Shown here: positions 34,623-45,708 of the stretch, piece by piece
Position numbering within the stretch: the stretch's first letter is position 1
How the letters are laid out: each line of letters begins with the position of its first letter
Assembly (NCBI GenBank): GCA_010093745.1
Contig: MU005959.1
Coordinates: 114,270-178,269 of the forward strand
Direction: 5' to 3'
From: Piedraia hortae CBS 480.64
Lineage: Eukaryota
Length of the DNA stretch: 64,000 nt
Position numbers and translations under genes: made by a program
The notes under the pieces: model-generated
The model's input: only the letters and a program-made list of their open reading frames with translations
Databases searched by the model: none
Told to the model about the DNA's origin: nothing

Positions 34623-35009
34623 TCATGTACCTCCATCCATTCCCTCAGTCAGCCCATCCTCCGTAGTCTGATACGCCTCGTACTCCTCCAAAGCATTACC
34701 CACCACGCCTAGAAAGCCCTCCACAATATTCAAGTGCTCTATCGCGATGAGACGAGGGAGGTCCGCACATTCCATACCAACAGAGCGTTCCAACAGAATT
34801 TCCAGCCAGTTGAGGACGAATTCGATGTTCGTGAATTTTTTGAGCTCATCGTCCCAGTACGTGCCCAGAATTTCGCGTGCTTCGGGAGTAACGGTCGCGC
34901 TGAATAGGCCAGCGGCGGGGATGGTGGTGTAGCGATTCTCCAGACGGGATTTGGTCATGTGGAGAGTGGAGAGGCGGGTTGTAAGTGTTTCCATCGTGGG
35001 CTCGGACAT
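34623..35009 (-). CDS. orphan family copy 6 (divergent)
   Basis: 128 aa; LTTRLSTL...SRLENRYTTIP...ATVTPEAREIL..YWD.E...F...EEYE. Confidence 0.75.
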   Translation of the reverse strand: MSEPTMETLTTRLSTLHMTKSRLENRYTTIPAAGLFSATVTPEAREILGTYWDDELKKFTNIEFVLNWLEILLERSVGMECADLPRLIAIEHLNIVEGFLGVVGNALEEYEAYQTTEDGLTEGMDGGT

Positions 35010-35955
35010 TTTGGGAGAGGTTGGGTTTGGGGGGGATTGGAGAAGGGGAATGTTGTTAGGTGAGTGGGCAAACAGTCACGTCACGAGCTAAAGCCTAGGG
35101 TTGGTAATGTGGAACAGAGGCTCGGCGGTGGGGTGGGTGTGGTTTTCTGTTTTGGGATACGAGGGAATGTTCTAGGTATGTAGTTGTAAAGACGCAGGGT
35201 TTTGGGCGGGTGGGAGGAAGCTTGTGAGCTGGTTGCAGATTGATGGGCTAGACGTTGAAAGAATGGAAGGTTTTGGTGCTTATGATTGACGAGGGATACT
35301 CATTGTAAGGTATAGATTCGTGCGGTGGATGGTGATGGCAACACCATAGGCAATAATATATCAGACTCTGTCCCCACAGAATGGACGGAGGATCATAATG
35401 TAAAAAGGTCCGCACAGATATCAATAAGTAATGAGGGCTGCCCTGATAGTCAAACCACATCTCTATTCTCATCACCAGACCTTGTGGTCATTTGCTGCTC
35501 TTGGCATCAGGTTTGTTAGGTGCTAGTTGGGAAGATAAGCGGCGGGAAGATGTCGAAATATTCCTGCACAAAGCAGTTGATCAGAGTTTGGATGAAAACC
35601 TCACCAAACTCTATCTACGATTTGCCAAAAGGATGCTAGAGCCGCGGCACCGTCCAAGCCAGAGCATTACGAAGGTGCACGGAGAGTCTACAAGCCAAGT
35701 GTGCACTGCTAAATGATGGGCCAAAGGCAGGACGAGGAGTAGTCAACGTCGATATTTTGATAGCCAATCATCAGTGAGGGAAAACGGGAGGGCAAATCCT
35801 CACTAAGCCTACAGCTAGACAAGATTTGGATGATGCAATTCTCTTTTCCGACATACTGAAGCCAGGCAACTGTCGTAATTCAGTCATGTTACTATAAAAA
35901 ACCCAGGTATTCGCGATGCCCAATCGTAGCCAAGACCATCGGCATGTCTGTGCAA

Positions 35956-38900
35956 TTACATGTACAAAGAAGCCGTGGCACAGATATCGCGCTTGATGAG
36001 CTCGTGGCATTTCTGCATCTTTGCAAAGAGGCTGGGATCACCGATGATGCGGGCGGCATTGCGGACCTCGCGACAAGTTTCTTCCAGTCGACTCATAACC
36101 CGCACAATGCTACCCTCAGGCACATCGGTCAATTCCGCTATGCGACTAAAAGGCATACCACGCGCCCACTCATAGACTACTTCGACCAGGCCAAAGCGCG
36201 GCTTGCTTGCAAAGTCGTTGCTGTCATCTGCTGACAAGATGACCTGGTGGTAGATTTGCCGCTCATTAACCCTCTCTGACAGGGCTATGATGGTGTCTCG
36301 ACCCTTCTTCAATGCTGGCGTGAGCTGCGGAGTTGAATCCGTTCGCTCCTGGAAGACAAACGCCGACAACAGGGCCACAATTTCTTCGGGCTCATACTCT
36401 GCCAACACGTTCTCCAGTACAAGCTCCGTCAGCACCAGCTCGTCCGCCGAATGAATCTCACAGGCTACTTTGCCCTTTAGCTCAACGCGGGATTGTGCGT
36501 CCACAAATCCAAGCTCTTGCAGAACTCGCACGCGTTGTTCGTAGTCGGGCAGGAGCTGCAAATTTTCGTCTGACATGAGCTGGCGAATGGATTCTATGTG
36601 CTCACGAATCAGCCACACATCATGCTCCATGGCGTAGTGCTTGACGAATCTGGGACAATTGATGCATCTTCTTTCCCCAATGGTCTCTGCGGCTTGCGCT
36701 TGCTCATCCAGCATTTGTCTGATGGACAGGTTCTTCAGGTACCGTCGGTAATCTAGTCCGTCCCACCCAGACCACACCCAGCTGCTTGCACCGCATGCGA
36801 GCCACTTGGACACGGCTTCCGTACGCGCATCGCTGTTAGTCAGGTGCACACCTTGCACGTCAATGGGAATTGAGGTGCACGTCAGTACTTCAATCTCGCT
36901 GACGCGGACACTTGACAATTTGAATTTTACTTCCTCCATGCTCTGTGGCAATGGTTGGAAGTGATGGCGGAGGAAGGGAATGTATGGCAGGGTGTCCGTG
37001 TCGTCTCGCCGAGATTCCTTGTGGCGGATTTCCAAAATCTGCACACTTGCATTCTCGGGACTACCTCTTGTGGCGCCTTCGCGGAGCAATATACCAGCCG
37101 CACGGGCTTGGCCTTCACGCTTGATAACAACCAGTCGTTTTGGCTGGAAAAGACGCCGTCCAACCGGTGTTTTCAGCATGGCCTGGTGAACTTGCTGCAT
37201 ATACGCACTGTAATGTATGCCAGCACGGTGCACTTTCTCAATGTCTGGATCGCATATCCCACATTCCTCACGCTGTACTTTCGCCAAGTCAGCTTCGGAT
37301 AGTTTAATCTGTTGCTCATGTTCTGGGCGCAGAGCCTGCGTAGCATGTTCGGAGAAAGAATGCTTGATCATCTCCTCAATCTTGAGAGCCTCGACGCGCA
37401 GCAAATTCAAAATCATGTTGTATGTCAATCGGAATTGCGAGCGTAGCTTGGTCGGCGTTCCCAGCATCATTTGTCTTAGTCGAGCAACTGGCGGCGCCGC
37501 ATCTGCGCCGGGAGCGACGATGATGACATGACCAACCTTGTCCAAGCCGCGTCTGCCAGCCCGACCTGCCATCTGAGTGTACTCACCGGGCGTCAGATCA
37601 CGAAACTGCTTGGTGTCATATTTGCGGAACCCGGAGAACACAACAGTACGAGTCGGTAGATTCAAGCCCATCGCAAAAGTCTCAGTTGCGAAAAGTACTT
37701 TGACAAGAGTCTTGGCGAAGAGAATTTCCACGCACTCTTTTACAATGGGCAGCAGGCCGCCATGATGCACTGCAATGCCCCTGCTGAGCAACTCACGTAC
37801 ACGACGAATCTGTGGCAATTCGCGGTCATCTTCTTTCAGCCGTGCTAGAGACTTCTCTAGGATCATGTGTATAGCACTTTTCTCAGTTGCGGTGCAAAAG
37901 TCGAGGTTAGAAAGTGCGTTTGCATTTTCTTCCGTCCGCTTTTTCGAGAAAACGAAGATACAGCACGGAAGCAGGTCCTCTTTGCGGAGATGCTGGACCA
38001 AATGGACCCAGATGTTACGATCCTGGGCAGCCGTTGTTCTCCCTCCACCACGCCCGGTGCGTGCAATGTTGCCATGCCCTCGTCCGACTTGAATAGTACC
38101 CCCTCGTTGAGGACCACCTCGTGCTGGCCCTCCGCCTCGAGCCTGGCCACCCCTATTCTGACCACCTCGTGCTCGACCACCACGATTACCACGCCCTGCG
38201 GCCACCGCTCCCTCCTCCTTTTCTTTCGCTTTCTTCTCCGCCTCTATCTGCTTGTCACGGCCGGTGAAGGCTTCGTTGGCCAGCTTCCAACCATTTTCCA
38301 GGAAAGACTTGCTGGCATCAACAATCTTGAACATCTTTTTGCCGGCCCACAGGTAATGCTCCAGCGGGACAGGTCGTTTGGGGGTCGAGATCACGTAAAT
38401 GTCCTTTTTCTTGGTGCGGCCAACCCATGAAGCGAATTCATAGGTGTTTGGCACGGTAGCAGAGAGCAGAATAAGAGTGACGTGCTCAGGCAGCATGATG
38501 ATCACTTCTTCCCACACAACACCTCGCTCAGTGTCATTGACGTAGTGGACTTCATCGAAGATGACAAACTCGACGTCACGGATGAGGTCAGCGCCATGGT
38601 AGAGCATACTTCGCAAGATCTCTGTTGTCATAATGAGGCAGCTAGCTTCTGGCCGGATCTGGACATCGCCTGTCAAGATACCTACATCATCAAACGTGTT
38701 GCGGAAATCTCGAAACTTTTGATTGCTCAGAGCCTTGATGGGAGATGTGTAGATGGCCTTGGTCATGTGTTTTGCTGCCAGGGCGATGGCGTACTCTGCA
38801 ACAACAGTCTTCCCTGCCGATGTATGAGCTGCGACAAAGACTGAATCACCATTCTCTAGGTGATATATGGCTTCCTTTTGGAAGGTATCTGGCTCGAATG

Positions 38901-39792
38901 GCCACTTGCGTGCCATCTCCGGTACAAGTTCGTAGAACTCGTCAAAATTACGATTGACGTCAACCATATGAGCCCATTCACGACCGCCATGCTTGTTCTT
39001 AGCCATCGATAGAGGTGCACGAGGAATCAGTGCGGGAAACTCGATGGGCAGGAGATCATCGATTTCCTCTCCGTCACTCTCTTCCTTTGACTCAGCCGTG
39101 GGCTCAGGCTCTTCTTGTACCAGGTCTGGTACGTCTGATTGCTCCTGAAGCACAGCTTCAACCTCTTTGGCAGACTCATCTTCGGGTTTAGTCCATTGCA
39201 GACCGCGAGAGAACCCTGGTGGGATTTCAAGCAGACCGTCGGGGGCTGCAAAGTCTATGACTCGGTCTAGTTTACTGCCACGAGGGCCGTCTTGACCAGG
39301 TTGAGCAAAAAGCTCTTCCTCGTAAGCCGCTGCTGCCTCAACAGCCTCCAAACCCCCAGGAGCGAATGGGAAAGAGCCAGGTGCACCGCGTACAAAATCA
39401 GCTCGACTGGATGGTTTTCGAAGCAGAGAGGTTGAGTTCTTGGCTGTAGCGCTATTAGCAGGAACGGTGACTTCACGATATCCGATGACACGCCCTTCCA
39501 GACCTTTGCGATTGAAACGTATGATTGTGCGGGACTGAGTGGGAGCCAAAGCGCAAAGTTCGCTATAGTCTGCTAGTAACGGAAATTGCCATCTCTGCTG
39601 CAGTCGATCAAGCCATTCCGGGGAAAAAATTACTGATGGTGTCAGAAAGTCGCTTTCAAGCTTTGCCTTTTTTTCTTGGCGAGATGTTTTGGCACGTTTA
39701 CGCGGGCGTGTTTTATCCAGAAAATCATTGTCATTGTCGAGGTGATTTGACTGTAGCGAGAGTTCTTGCATGCAACTTTCGACTTCCTCCAT
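35956..39792 (-). CDS. SKI2: Ski2 DExH-box RNA helicase (Ski complex)
   Basis: Ski2 N-terminal NSTSLLRKP...FVRG; AHTSAGKT, SPIKALSNQK, DEVH, SAT, QMAGRAGRRG; RG-rich insert; DSHCT ending ASLYM. Confidence 0.96.
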   Translation of the reverse strand: MEEVESCMQELSLQSNHLDNDNDFLDKTRPRKRAKTSRQEKKAKLESDFLTPSVIFSPEWLDRLQQRWQFPLLADYSELCALAPTQSRTIIRFNRKGLEGRVIGYREVTVPANSATAKNSTSLLRKPSSRADFVRGAPGSFPFAPGGLEAVEAAAAYEEELFAQPGQDGPRGSKLDRVIDFAAPDGLLEIPPGFSRGLQWTKPEDESAKEVEAVLQEQSDVPDLVQEEPEPTAESKEESDGEEIDDLLPIEFPALIPRAPLSMAKNKHGGREWAHMVDVNRNFDEFYELVPEMARKWPFEPDTFQKEAIYHLENGDSVFVAAHTSAGKTVVAEYAIALAAKHMTKAIYTSPIKALSNQKFRDFRNTFDDVGILTGDVQIRPEASCLIMTTEILRSMLYHGADLIRDVEFVIFDEVHYVNDTERGVVWEEVIIMLPEHVTLILLSATVPNTYEFASWVGRTKKKDIYVISTPKRPVPLEHYLWAGKKMFKIVDASKSFLENGWKLANEAFTGRDKQIEAEKKAKEKEEGAVAAGRGNRGGRARGGQNRGGQARGGGPARGGPQRGGTIQVGRGHGNIARTGRGGGRTTAAQDRNIWVHLVQHLRKEDLLPCCIFVFSKKRTEENANALSNLDFCTATEKSAIHMILEKSLARLKEDDRELPQIRRVRELLSRGIAVHHGGLLPIVKECVEILFAKTLVKVLFATETFAMGLNLPTRTVVFSGFRKYDTKQFRDLTPGEYTQMAGRAGRRGLDKVGHVIIVAPGADAAPPVARLRQMMLGTPTKLRSQFRLTYNMILNLLRVEALKIEEMIKHSFSEHATQALRPEHEQQIKLSEADLAKVQREECGICDPDIEKVHRAGIHYSAYMQQVHQAMLKTPVGRRLFQPKRLVVIKREGQARAAGILLREGATRGSPENASVQILEIRHKESRRDDTDTLPYIPFLRHHFQPLPQSMEEVKFKLSSVRVSEIEVLTCTSIPIDVQGVHLTNSDARTEAVSKWLACGASSWVWSGWDGLDYRRYLKNLSIRQMLDEQAQAAETIGERRCINCPRFVKHYAMEHDVWLIREHIESIRQLMSDENLQLLPDYEQRVRVLQELGFVDAQSRVELKGKVACEIHSADELVLTELVLENVLAEYEPEEIVALLSAFVFQERTDSTPQLTPALKKGRDTIIALSERVNERQIYHQVILSADDSNDFASKPRFGLVEVVYEWARGMPFSRIAELTDVPEGSIVRVMSRLEETCREVRNAARIIGDPSLFAKMQKCHELIKRDICATASLYM

Positions 39793-41377
39793 GGCAATGG
39801 CCGGCAATAAGCGTAACTTTTATTTTTGGCAAAGAAAACGCGCGCAATCGTTTTGACGATGTGTGCTAGTGTGGCTCGGCCCGTTCCGCTACGAACGACG
39901 TCACGAATTGTATCATGCTTTACGATGTGACAGACATCGTGTGGTACTTTGGGATGCATTTTGAACGGATCTTGGCTTTTGAGGGACACATATTTCCCAA
40001 CAAACCCACGAGTTACCACACCAAAGCTTGTACAGCATGCAAATGTCACGGTAATTCTCACACGCGAGAGAAGCCAGCTATCGATGGTTCACGAGCCCAA
40101 GCCGTAGCAAGTTGTAAACCTCGGCATTATCACGTATTACAGCATGAAGGACCCGTACAGACCAATGTTGTGGCTCTTGGTTCCAGTTTCTATTCACAGT
40201 ACACCATCGCTGACTCTCCCCTGCTCAATTTATGAACATCTAGCATCTAGGGCGTGGGCATTGTACTAGCAGCAGGGAGAAACCCTACATGTCTTTTGAT
40301 GTAGCATAAAGCATAACAATCACAAATGACAAATTCACCAACCGTCCTCACTGTCGCTAGATTTCTTCAGCTGAGATGGACCGAAGAGGCTCCAGACCTG
40401 TTCCACATATATTGCCACCACCAAAACGGGTCTGGAGGAGGCGAGACTGCCACAACTATCATGCTTAAGCATGCAGGCGCAAGGCTTTCCACATCAGGTA
40501 GGTAGGCTTAACGTCACACCAGAGCTGAACGGAAACGAGAGGTAAGCACGTTTGCACCGCCACACTCTTGCAAACAAACCAGATGTGAGACCATAAGCGA
40601 ATTCCGTATCTCCGGAGCCGAGTCCACTCTCGGCACATGTCCCGACTTGACATTTGAATGTCAAGGATCAAAATCTCGATCTTAGCTACTGTTGACGTAC
40701 ATGCCACAAAGAGCACGGAGATATGGGTGGCCCCCAAGGTAACGTCTGCAGAACACGGACCACATCCCTGTGCTTTGGTAGTAGGGGCTAGTTTCGTCCG
40801 AGACAAGACTCGTAACCTGCATGTCTTGTTCTCTCACCAAACCGCGTTGAATAACATGTCTCACAAGGAATGTACAGCGCATCAAAATCAATATTCCATT
40901 TGCACACGTCTCGATCATAGAGACGTCGATTCAAGAGACTGCGGGGTAGACAGAAATAAGTCACGCCTGTATGATGATAAACCCAGATCTCAGTCATGAG
41001 GGGGTTAGCTTACACTCTAACCCCTCTAATTCACACATGCAAAACACTAGAAGATAGGGAGCGGTCGCACCACCACCCATGCAGAGCGTGTTTCTGCACA
41101 TGTCTGCTTTGCATATACATCGAGATCACGGAAGCGCAAGGGACGGGATTGGCTAGGGTTTGGCTTCGCCTTAGTTACCAGTTGCTAGTTGTTTTGCACG
41201 TGCAGAAGAAGGAAAAATGCCTGTCACATGCTGCTGCCCTTCCCTGCGTTGCGCATTGCGCATTATGCAGCATCCAAGCTAACGTGTCCCTGGCGCTGCG
41301 TTGTCGCAAAGATGGATGGATGTGAACTGGTTAGGTGCTACTACACACTGCTGAATGCTACAATAGACATGCAAAAA

Positions 41378-44038
41378 TCACTCTTCTCCAGCGTTCTCAA
41401 TCCTATCTCGTAGCCATCTCAACGTGGCTTCTGTTCCTGTTTCTAAGATCCTGTACGAAGGCACCCGGAACGGGTTGCGTGTGACGTCGAGATCTTTCAA
41501 GCTCAGCAAGCCAAGCTCTGGCGGAAGGCGTTTTAATTCGTTGCCGGCGAGGGATACGATCGTTAGCCCCCTCATTGCTTCGGCTGGGAGAGTGTCGTAT
41601 CGATTGTCTGCCGCTAGGAAGGACGTTATGTTTGTGAAAAACAATTCCCTCACAGCGGGAACTATACCGGTAAGTGCGTTGGCTGTAACATCCAGTGTCT
41701 GGAGCTGCGGAGCATTTAAATGCTTCAAAGGCTCGAGTGATGTGAGCTTGCAGGCTCGAAGACTCAACTCCTCTAGCAGGGGCAATTCCAAATTGCCTTC
41801 CAAGTAGTTTGGGAGAAATGGATTGTGGGAGAGATCCAACCTCCGCAGCCCCGATCCTAAGGAAAGAGAAATGGGTATTGTTGTGAGCTTATTCGAAGTC
41901 AAGCTCAGTGTCGTTACGTCGTGGATTTTCAGGTATTTTCCAAGTTCATTGTCCACGTTTTCCAATCCTTTGGCTGCCAGGTCAAGGGAGCCGTTTTTCA
42001 ACAACCACACCTCCTGCATCTCTTGTTCTTCTTCTTCTTCTTTTATGTCCCCTGCCTCATCTGGCGCCAATCGGTTTTTCAGATCCCGCTTTAATGCTTG
42101 GGTCGTCATAGTAATGAATTTCCTCTCTCGTAGTGGGTTCGCGGACAGATTCAAACTTTCCAGAGCCTCCATCAAACCAATTTCTGGATCTAAAGAGGTA
42201 ATCACATTGCCCGAAAGATTGACATGTCGCAATTTAGACAGTCGTGTGAACCCTCCAGGCAAATCCTGGATTTTATTCTCCCCTGCCGCTAATGTGGTGA
42301 GTTCATGATACCCTGACACATCCGGTAGTGACGTAAGATGGTTGTTCGTCACGTCAAGTGTACGAATTTGGGGTAGCTCCGGTGTAGATGTGAAAGACAA
42401 AGCAGCTAGCGAATTGTTCTGGAGCATAAGATTCTGAAGGGTAATATGACGACCTTGGGCCCCGAGAGGAAAGAGCGATGCTATCAAGGCGTTGGCACTG
42501 GCATCTAGATCTGTCAAAGGCACGCGTTGTAGAGCATCCATTGGGATGGAAGTAAGTTGGTTTGCAGACACATTGAGAACCTTGAGGTCGGAAAGATCAC
42601 CGAGAGAATCTGGGAGAGTCTGGATTCGGTTTGACTGAACATCCAGTATCCTCAATCGGGAAAGATTGCGCAGATCTGCCGAGAGATTCCCTGAAAGATT
42701 GTTGTTTCCAAGGCGTAACTCCTGAAGTGAGGTGATCTGAGTAATGACGCTGAAGCAAGTATTATCCAGCCCATTATGCATTAGGTTGAGATACGTTAGA
42801 TGCTCTAACCGCCGGAGACCGGCAGGTATCGCTGAAAGTCGATTGCTATGCAAGTCGAGCATCTCAAGCCCCGCGAAAATTGGACCGTCTTCCTCTTCAT
42901 CAAACGGCCTATCTGGAAAGGCATCTTCGGGTATAGCTTCTAGCTCATTACCAGCAGCGATGAGCTTGGTCAAATCGACCACTTCCGACCAGACGGCTCC
43001 ACCCTCTTCCATCGCCTTTGCGTTATACATGTGAAGCACAGCATCGGGAAATGTAGTCAAACCCATGGTTGAAATGTTTAGTCTGCCAGTGGCCCACGCA
43101 CTCTTTATGCGGTTACGAACCTGATCCTCTGGCTTGGCTTGATTGAATGGATCTGCTGTCTCATGCACAGATTGTTTCTTTCCCCGTGCTGCCCTGGCTG
43201 CTGCAATTTGCTCTCGAAGAGCAGCAGACGATTTGGTGAAAGAAGCCTCGGATGTCGAATGAGGCTTCGGCGCAGTCGTTGATTTAGTCAAAGGTGCTGG
43301 TTTTTTCGGAGATGTTGGAGATGGTTGAGTCTTCGACGATATTTGGGGTCTTATTGGACGAGACGAAAGAGTTTTTGGAGATTTGGCGACAGGCTTAGCT
43401 TCTTTCACTTTTGAGGCTAACGAGGTTATGCTTCGCTGTGTCTTTGGAGCGGAGTTCAGCCCTGGGGTAAGCTTGGGGGTCTTGGATGGAGATAGAGGAG
43501 GATTCACGCTTTCACCTCCGCCAACGTGGCCGCCGTTGCTGGCATGCCTGCTCATAGCAGAAAGGGGCCGCAAAGGTGAGTCGCTAAAGAAACTAGATGT
43601 TCGTCTATCTTTTGGGGTTGGGGGAACATGCTGCAAGCTTTCTATGGTGCGATCAGAGAGAGAAGGGCGAGGTTTTTTTGAACACTTAGGTCTAGATAGA
43701 TCCGTCACAATCTCCTCGGGTGGATCCTCTTCGTAACCTTGGCGTGAGCTCACCCGGAATGCCTCTAAAGAGCCAAGCTGGTCGTTCTCCTCTTCTCTCA
43801 CGGCGACTACGGGTCGTGAAGGGGGTCGCCGAAGCGTGGACTTGGGATTTTGCGGCGTGGGCAGTGCAATAGAGGATCTCTTGGAGGCATTGGACGAAGT
43901 TGACGGAAGCGGCTTGAATTGAGAGTTTGTCGATTTGGGCTGAGGTTTGGTTTTGAGGTCTGGTGACTGCAGGGTAGCTCTCTTGCTGGGCACAGGTAGA
44001 CGGGATGACGGTCGCGGCAGAGACTTGGACGCGTCCAT
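41378..44038 (-). CDS. leucine-rich repeat protein (LRRC40-like) with S/P/K-rich N-terminus
   Basis: Many LxxLxLxxNxL repeats; RPSLSDRTIESL and SAALREQIAAARA motifs; C-terminal NPFRVP. Confidence 0.88.
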   Translation of the reverse strand: MDASKSLPRPSSRLPVPSKRATLQSPDLKTKPQPKSTNSQFKPLPSTSSNASKRSSIALPTPQNPKSTLRRPPSRPVVAVREEENDQLGSLEAFRVSSRQGYEEDPPEEIVTDLSRPKCSKKPRPSLSDRTIESLQHVPPTPKDRRTSSFFSDSPLRPLSAMSRHASNGGHVGGGESVNPPLSPSKTPKLTPGLNSAPKTQRSITSLASKVKEAKPVAKSPKTLSSRPIRPQISSKTQPSPTSPKKPAPLTKSTTAPKPHSTSEASFTKSSAALREQIAAARAARGKKQSVHETADPFNQAKPEDQVRNRIKSAWATGRLNISTMGLTTFPDAVLHMYNAKAMEEGGAVWSEVVDLTKLIAAGNELEAIPEDAFPDRPFDEEEDGPIFAGLEMLDLHSNRLSAIPAGLRRLEHLTYLNLMHNGLDNTCFSVITQITSLQELRLGNNNLSGNLSADLRNLSRLRILDVQSNRIQTLPDSLGDLSDLKVLNVSANQLTSIPMDALQRVPLTDLDASANALIASLFPLGAQGRHITLQNLMLQNNSLAALSFTSTPELPQIRTLDVTNNHLTSLPDVSGYHELTTLAAGENKIQDLPGGFTRLSKLRHVNLSGNVITSLDPEIGLMEALESLNLSANPLRERKFITMTTQALKRDLKNRLAPDEAGDIKEEEEEQEMQEVWLLKNGSLDLAAKGLENVDNELGKYLKIHDVTTLSLTSNKLTTIPISLSLGSGLRRLDLSHNPFLPNYLEGNLELPLLEELSLRACKLTSLEPLKHLNAPQLQTLDVTANALTGIVPAVRELFFTNITSFLAADNRYDTLPAEAMRGLTIVSLAGNELKRLPPELGLLSLKDLDVTRNPFRVPSYRILETGTEATLRWLRDRIENAGEE

Positions 44039-44187
44039 GGAAGACTCGCGAGCGAGGGACGTGAGAGATGTCGTGCACGCCATGGGCCGGACCGTTAGCT
44101 AGCGCGTCTGCAAAACACGTCATGCAAGACATGCGACCCCACGACAAACACAACACTTTCACACAATTGTTTAACACGCCTACAAAC

Positions 44188-45015
44188 ATGGAGCAATCAA
44201 AAAGCACCGACTCTGCACAGATCCATACATCTGCTCGGTCACCCACACCGCCCGGAGTCGCCACTCCGCCTCCGACAGCAGATGCCAGTGGGAAAACGCG
44301 CGCGGTCGGAGACACGGAACAGGAGCTGCGCGCGCAAATTAGGGATTTAGAGGCAGCATTAAAGGTAGCAAAAACAGCCGCGGCGCACCACAAGTTGCAA
44401 TACAACATGCTGGTGCAGGAGAGCGCGGCGGCTATGGAGCGCATGGCTGTGGAGGCGCGAATGGAACAGTATGAGAACGAGATGATTCACCGGGCGGCGG
44501 CGGCCGCACCTGTTGAGTTCCCCGAAGGTATGATTCCCGTCCAGAGGGATTTGTACCAGCAAATGTGCGAGGAAATTAGGACGCTTCGGCGCGTGTGTGG
44601 CAGCCTAGAGCGAGAGCGCGACCACCGCGGACGAACGATTGCGCGACAGGAGACTGAGATTGCCAGTCTGACGGAGCGAGTGACGCTGATGCGGGAGCGT
44701 ATCCGCGATCGCGGGCTGAAGGGGCGAAGCAGGGCGGGGACTGAGGCCGACCGGCCGTTTGCGGCGCTGTTGCAGGCGTCGGAGATGGTAAGCCGGCGCA
44801 TGGCGGGTCGACGTGGTCACACTCGGGGCATCCACAGCATGTCGAGTCTGCCGTCAACACCCGCGCGGGTATATCGTCCGTTCGTACCAGCAACCGCGCC
44901 GGCCCGCCCGCGTCATGATGAGGCGTCGGAGGACACGGTATCTAATTCGGACGGCGAGAGCGAGGCGGAAACTGACATTCTGGAAGGGAGCAGGGTGAGA
45001 CAAGCGAGACGGTAG
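44188..45015 (+). CDS. fungal coiled-coil hypothetical protein
   Basis: AAHHKLQYNML, ERMAVE, ALLQASE, RGHTRG..SMSSLPSTP motifs; 275 aa from MEQSKS. Confidence 0.75.
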   Translation: MEQSKSTDSAQIHTSARSPTPPGVATPPPTADASGKTRAVGDTEQELRAQIRDLEAALKVAKTAAAHHKLQYNMLVQESAAAMERMAVEARMEQYENEMIHRAAAAAPVEFPEGMIPVQRDLYQQMCEEIRTLRRVCGSLERERDHRGRTIARQETEIASLTERVTLMRERIRDRGLKGRSRAGTEADRPFAALLQASEMVSRRMAGRRGHTRGIHSMSSLPSTPARVYRPFVPATAPARPRHDEASEDTVSNSDGESEAETDILEGSRVRQARR

Positions 45016-45708
45016 CGCTGCGGCTAGGCCCGAAGTGGACATTGCGAGCGTTTCATTGCTTATTGGAATGAGCCGCTATCTGCCGAACATCTGATTAGAT
45101 GCGCCCCAGGTAGGCGCCACACGATGTTCGCGCCCGTCTGCGCCATGACATCACTAGGGGGGGCTCGCTCCCGGTCGCAGCTACGCGGCCCCCCGTCCGA
45201 CTTGATTTTCAGAGTTTGTGTGGCACAGCGCAGGCGCCTGCCGTGGGGGGGCTGCAAAGGAGCGCGCCAATCTCGCTCCACTCCCTGTGACTCCCCAACT
45301 GCTGATGTTCCCTGCCACAATCCCCCTCCCCAGGTGGCAAGCTAATCGTCAGCGCACATCCCACGTGTATATGGGCTCGGAGAGCTGCGCTACTGCAACG
45401 TGGCCCACGGCGGAAAAGGGACGCGCGTTCGCCAAAGGCACTGCTCACCCGATCAGCCTCTTGGCCCCTCCTTCAGGCGGCTAGACGACCACTGCCAATA
45501 CGCACCCCTACTTTCTTTTCTGGGATTAGCGCCTCCCTGACTGGAATGACAACTTGTCGTGGAATGAGGCAATGCCTACCCTCTGATTAATGCACTCCGA
45601 GAAAAAAAACCTTAGATCTGCGCCCCTGTCCTTACATCACCCATCACAGTCTATATCTCTATACATTTCTCTATCCCACATGTCTCTACCTCACCTTTGC
45701 ACGCGGCA

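Noticed and set aside
28368..35009. Reading the array as a tRNA-derived SINE or retro-element
   Set aside because: The tRNAs keep introns and T-run terminators, units show no poly(A) tail or TSD, and flanks are colinear as in tandem segmental duplication
39900..41370. Short ORFs between SKI2 and the LRR gene (also 46740-48640 and 264-4200)
   Set aside because: No recognisable motifs, consistent coding pattern or splice structure
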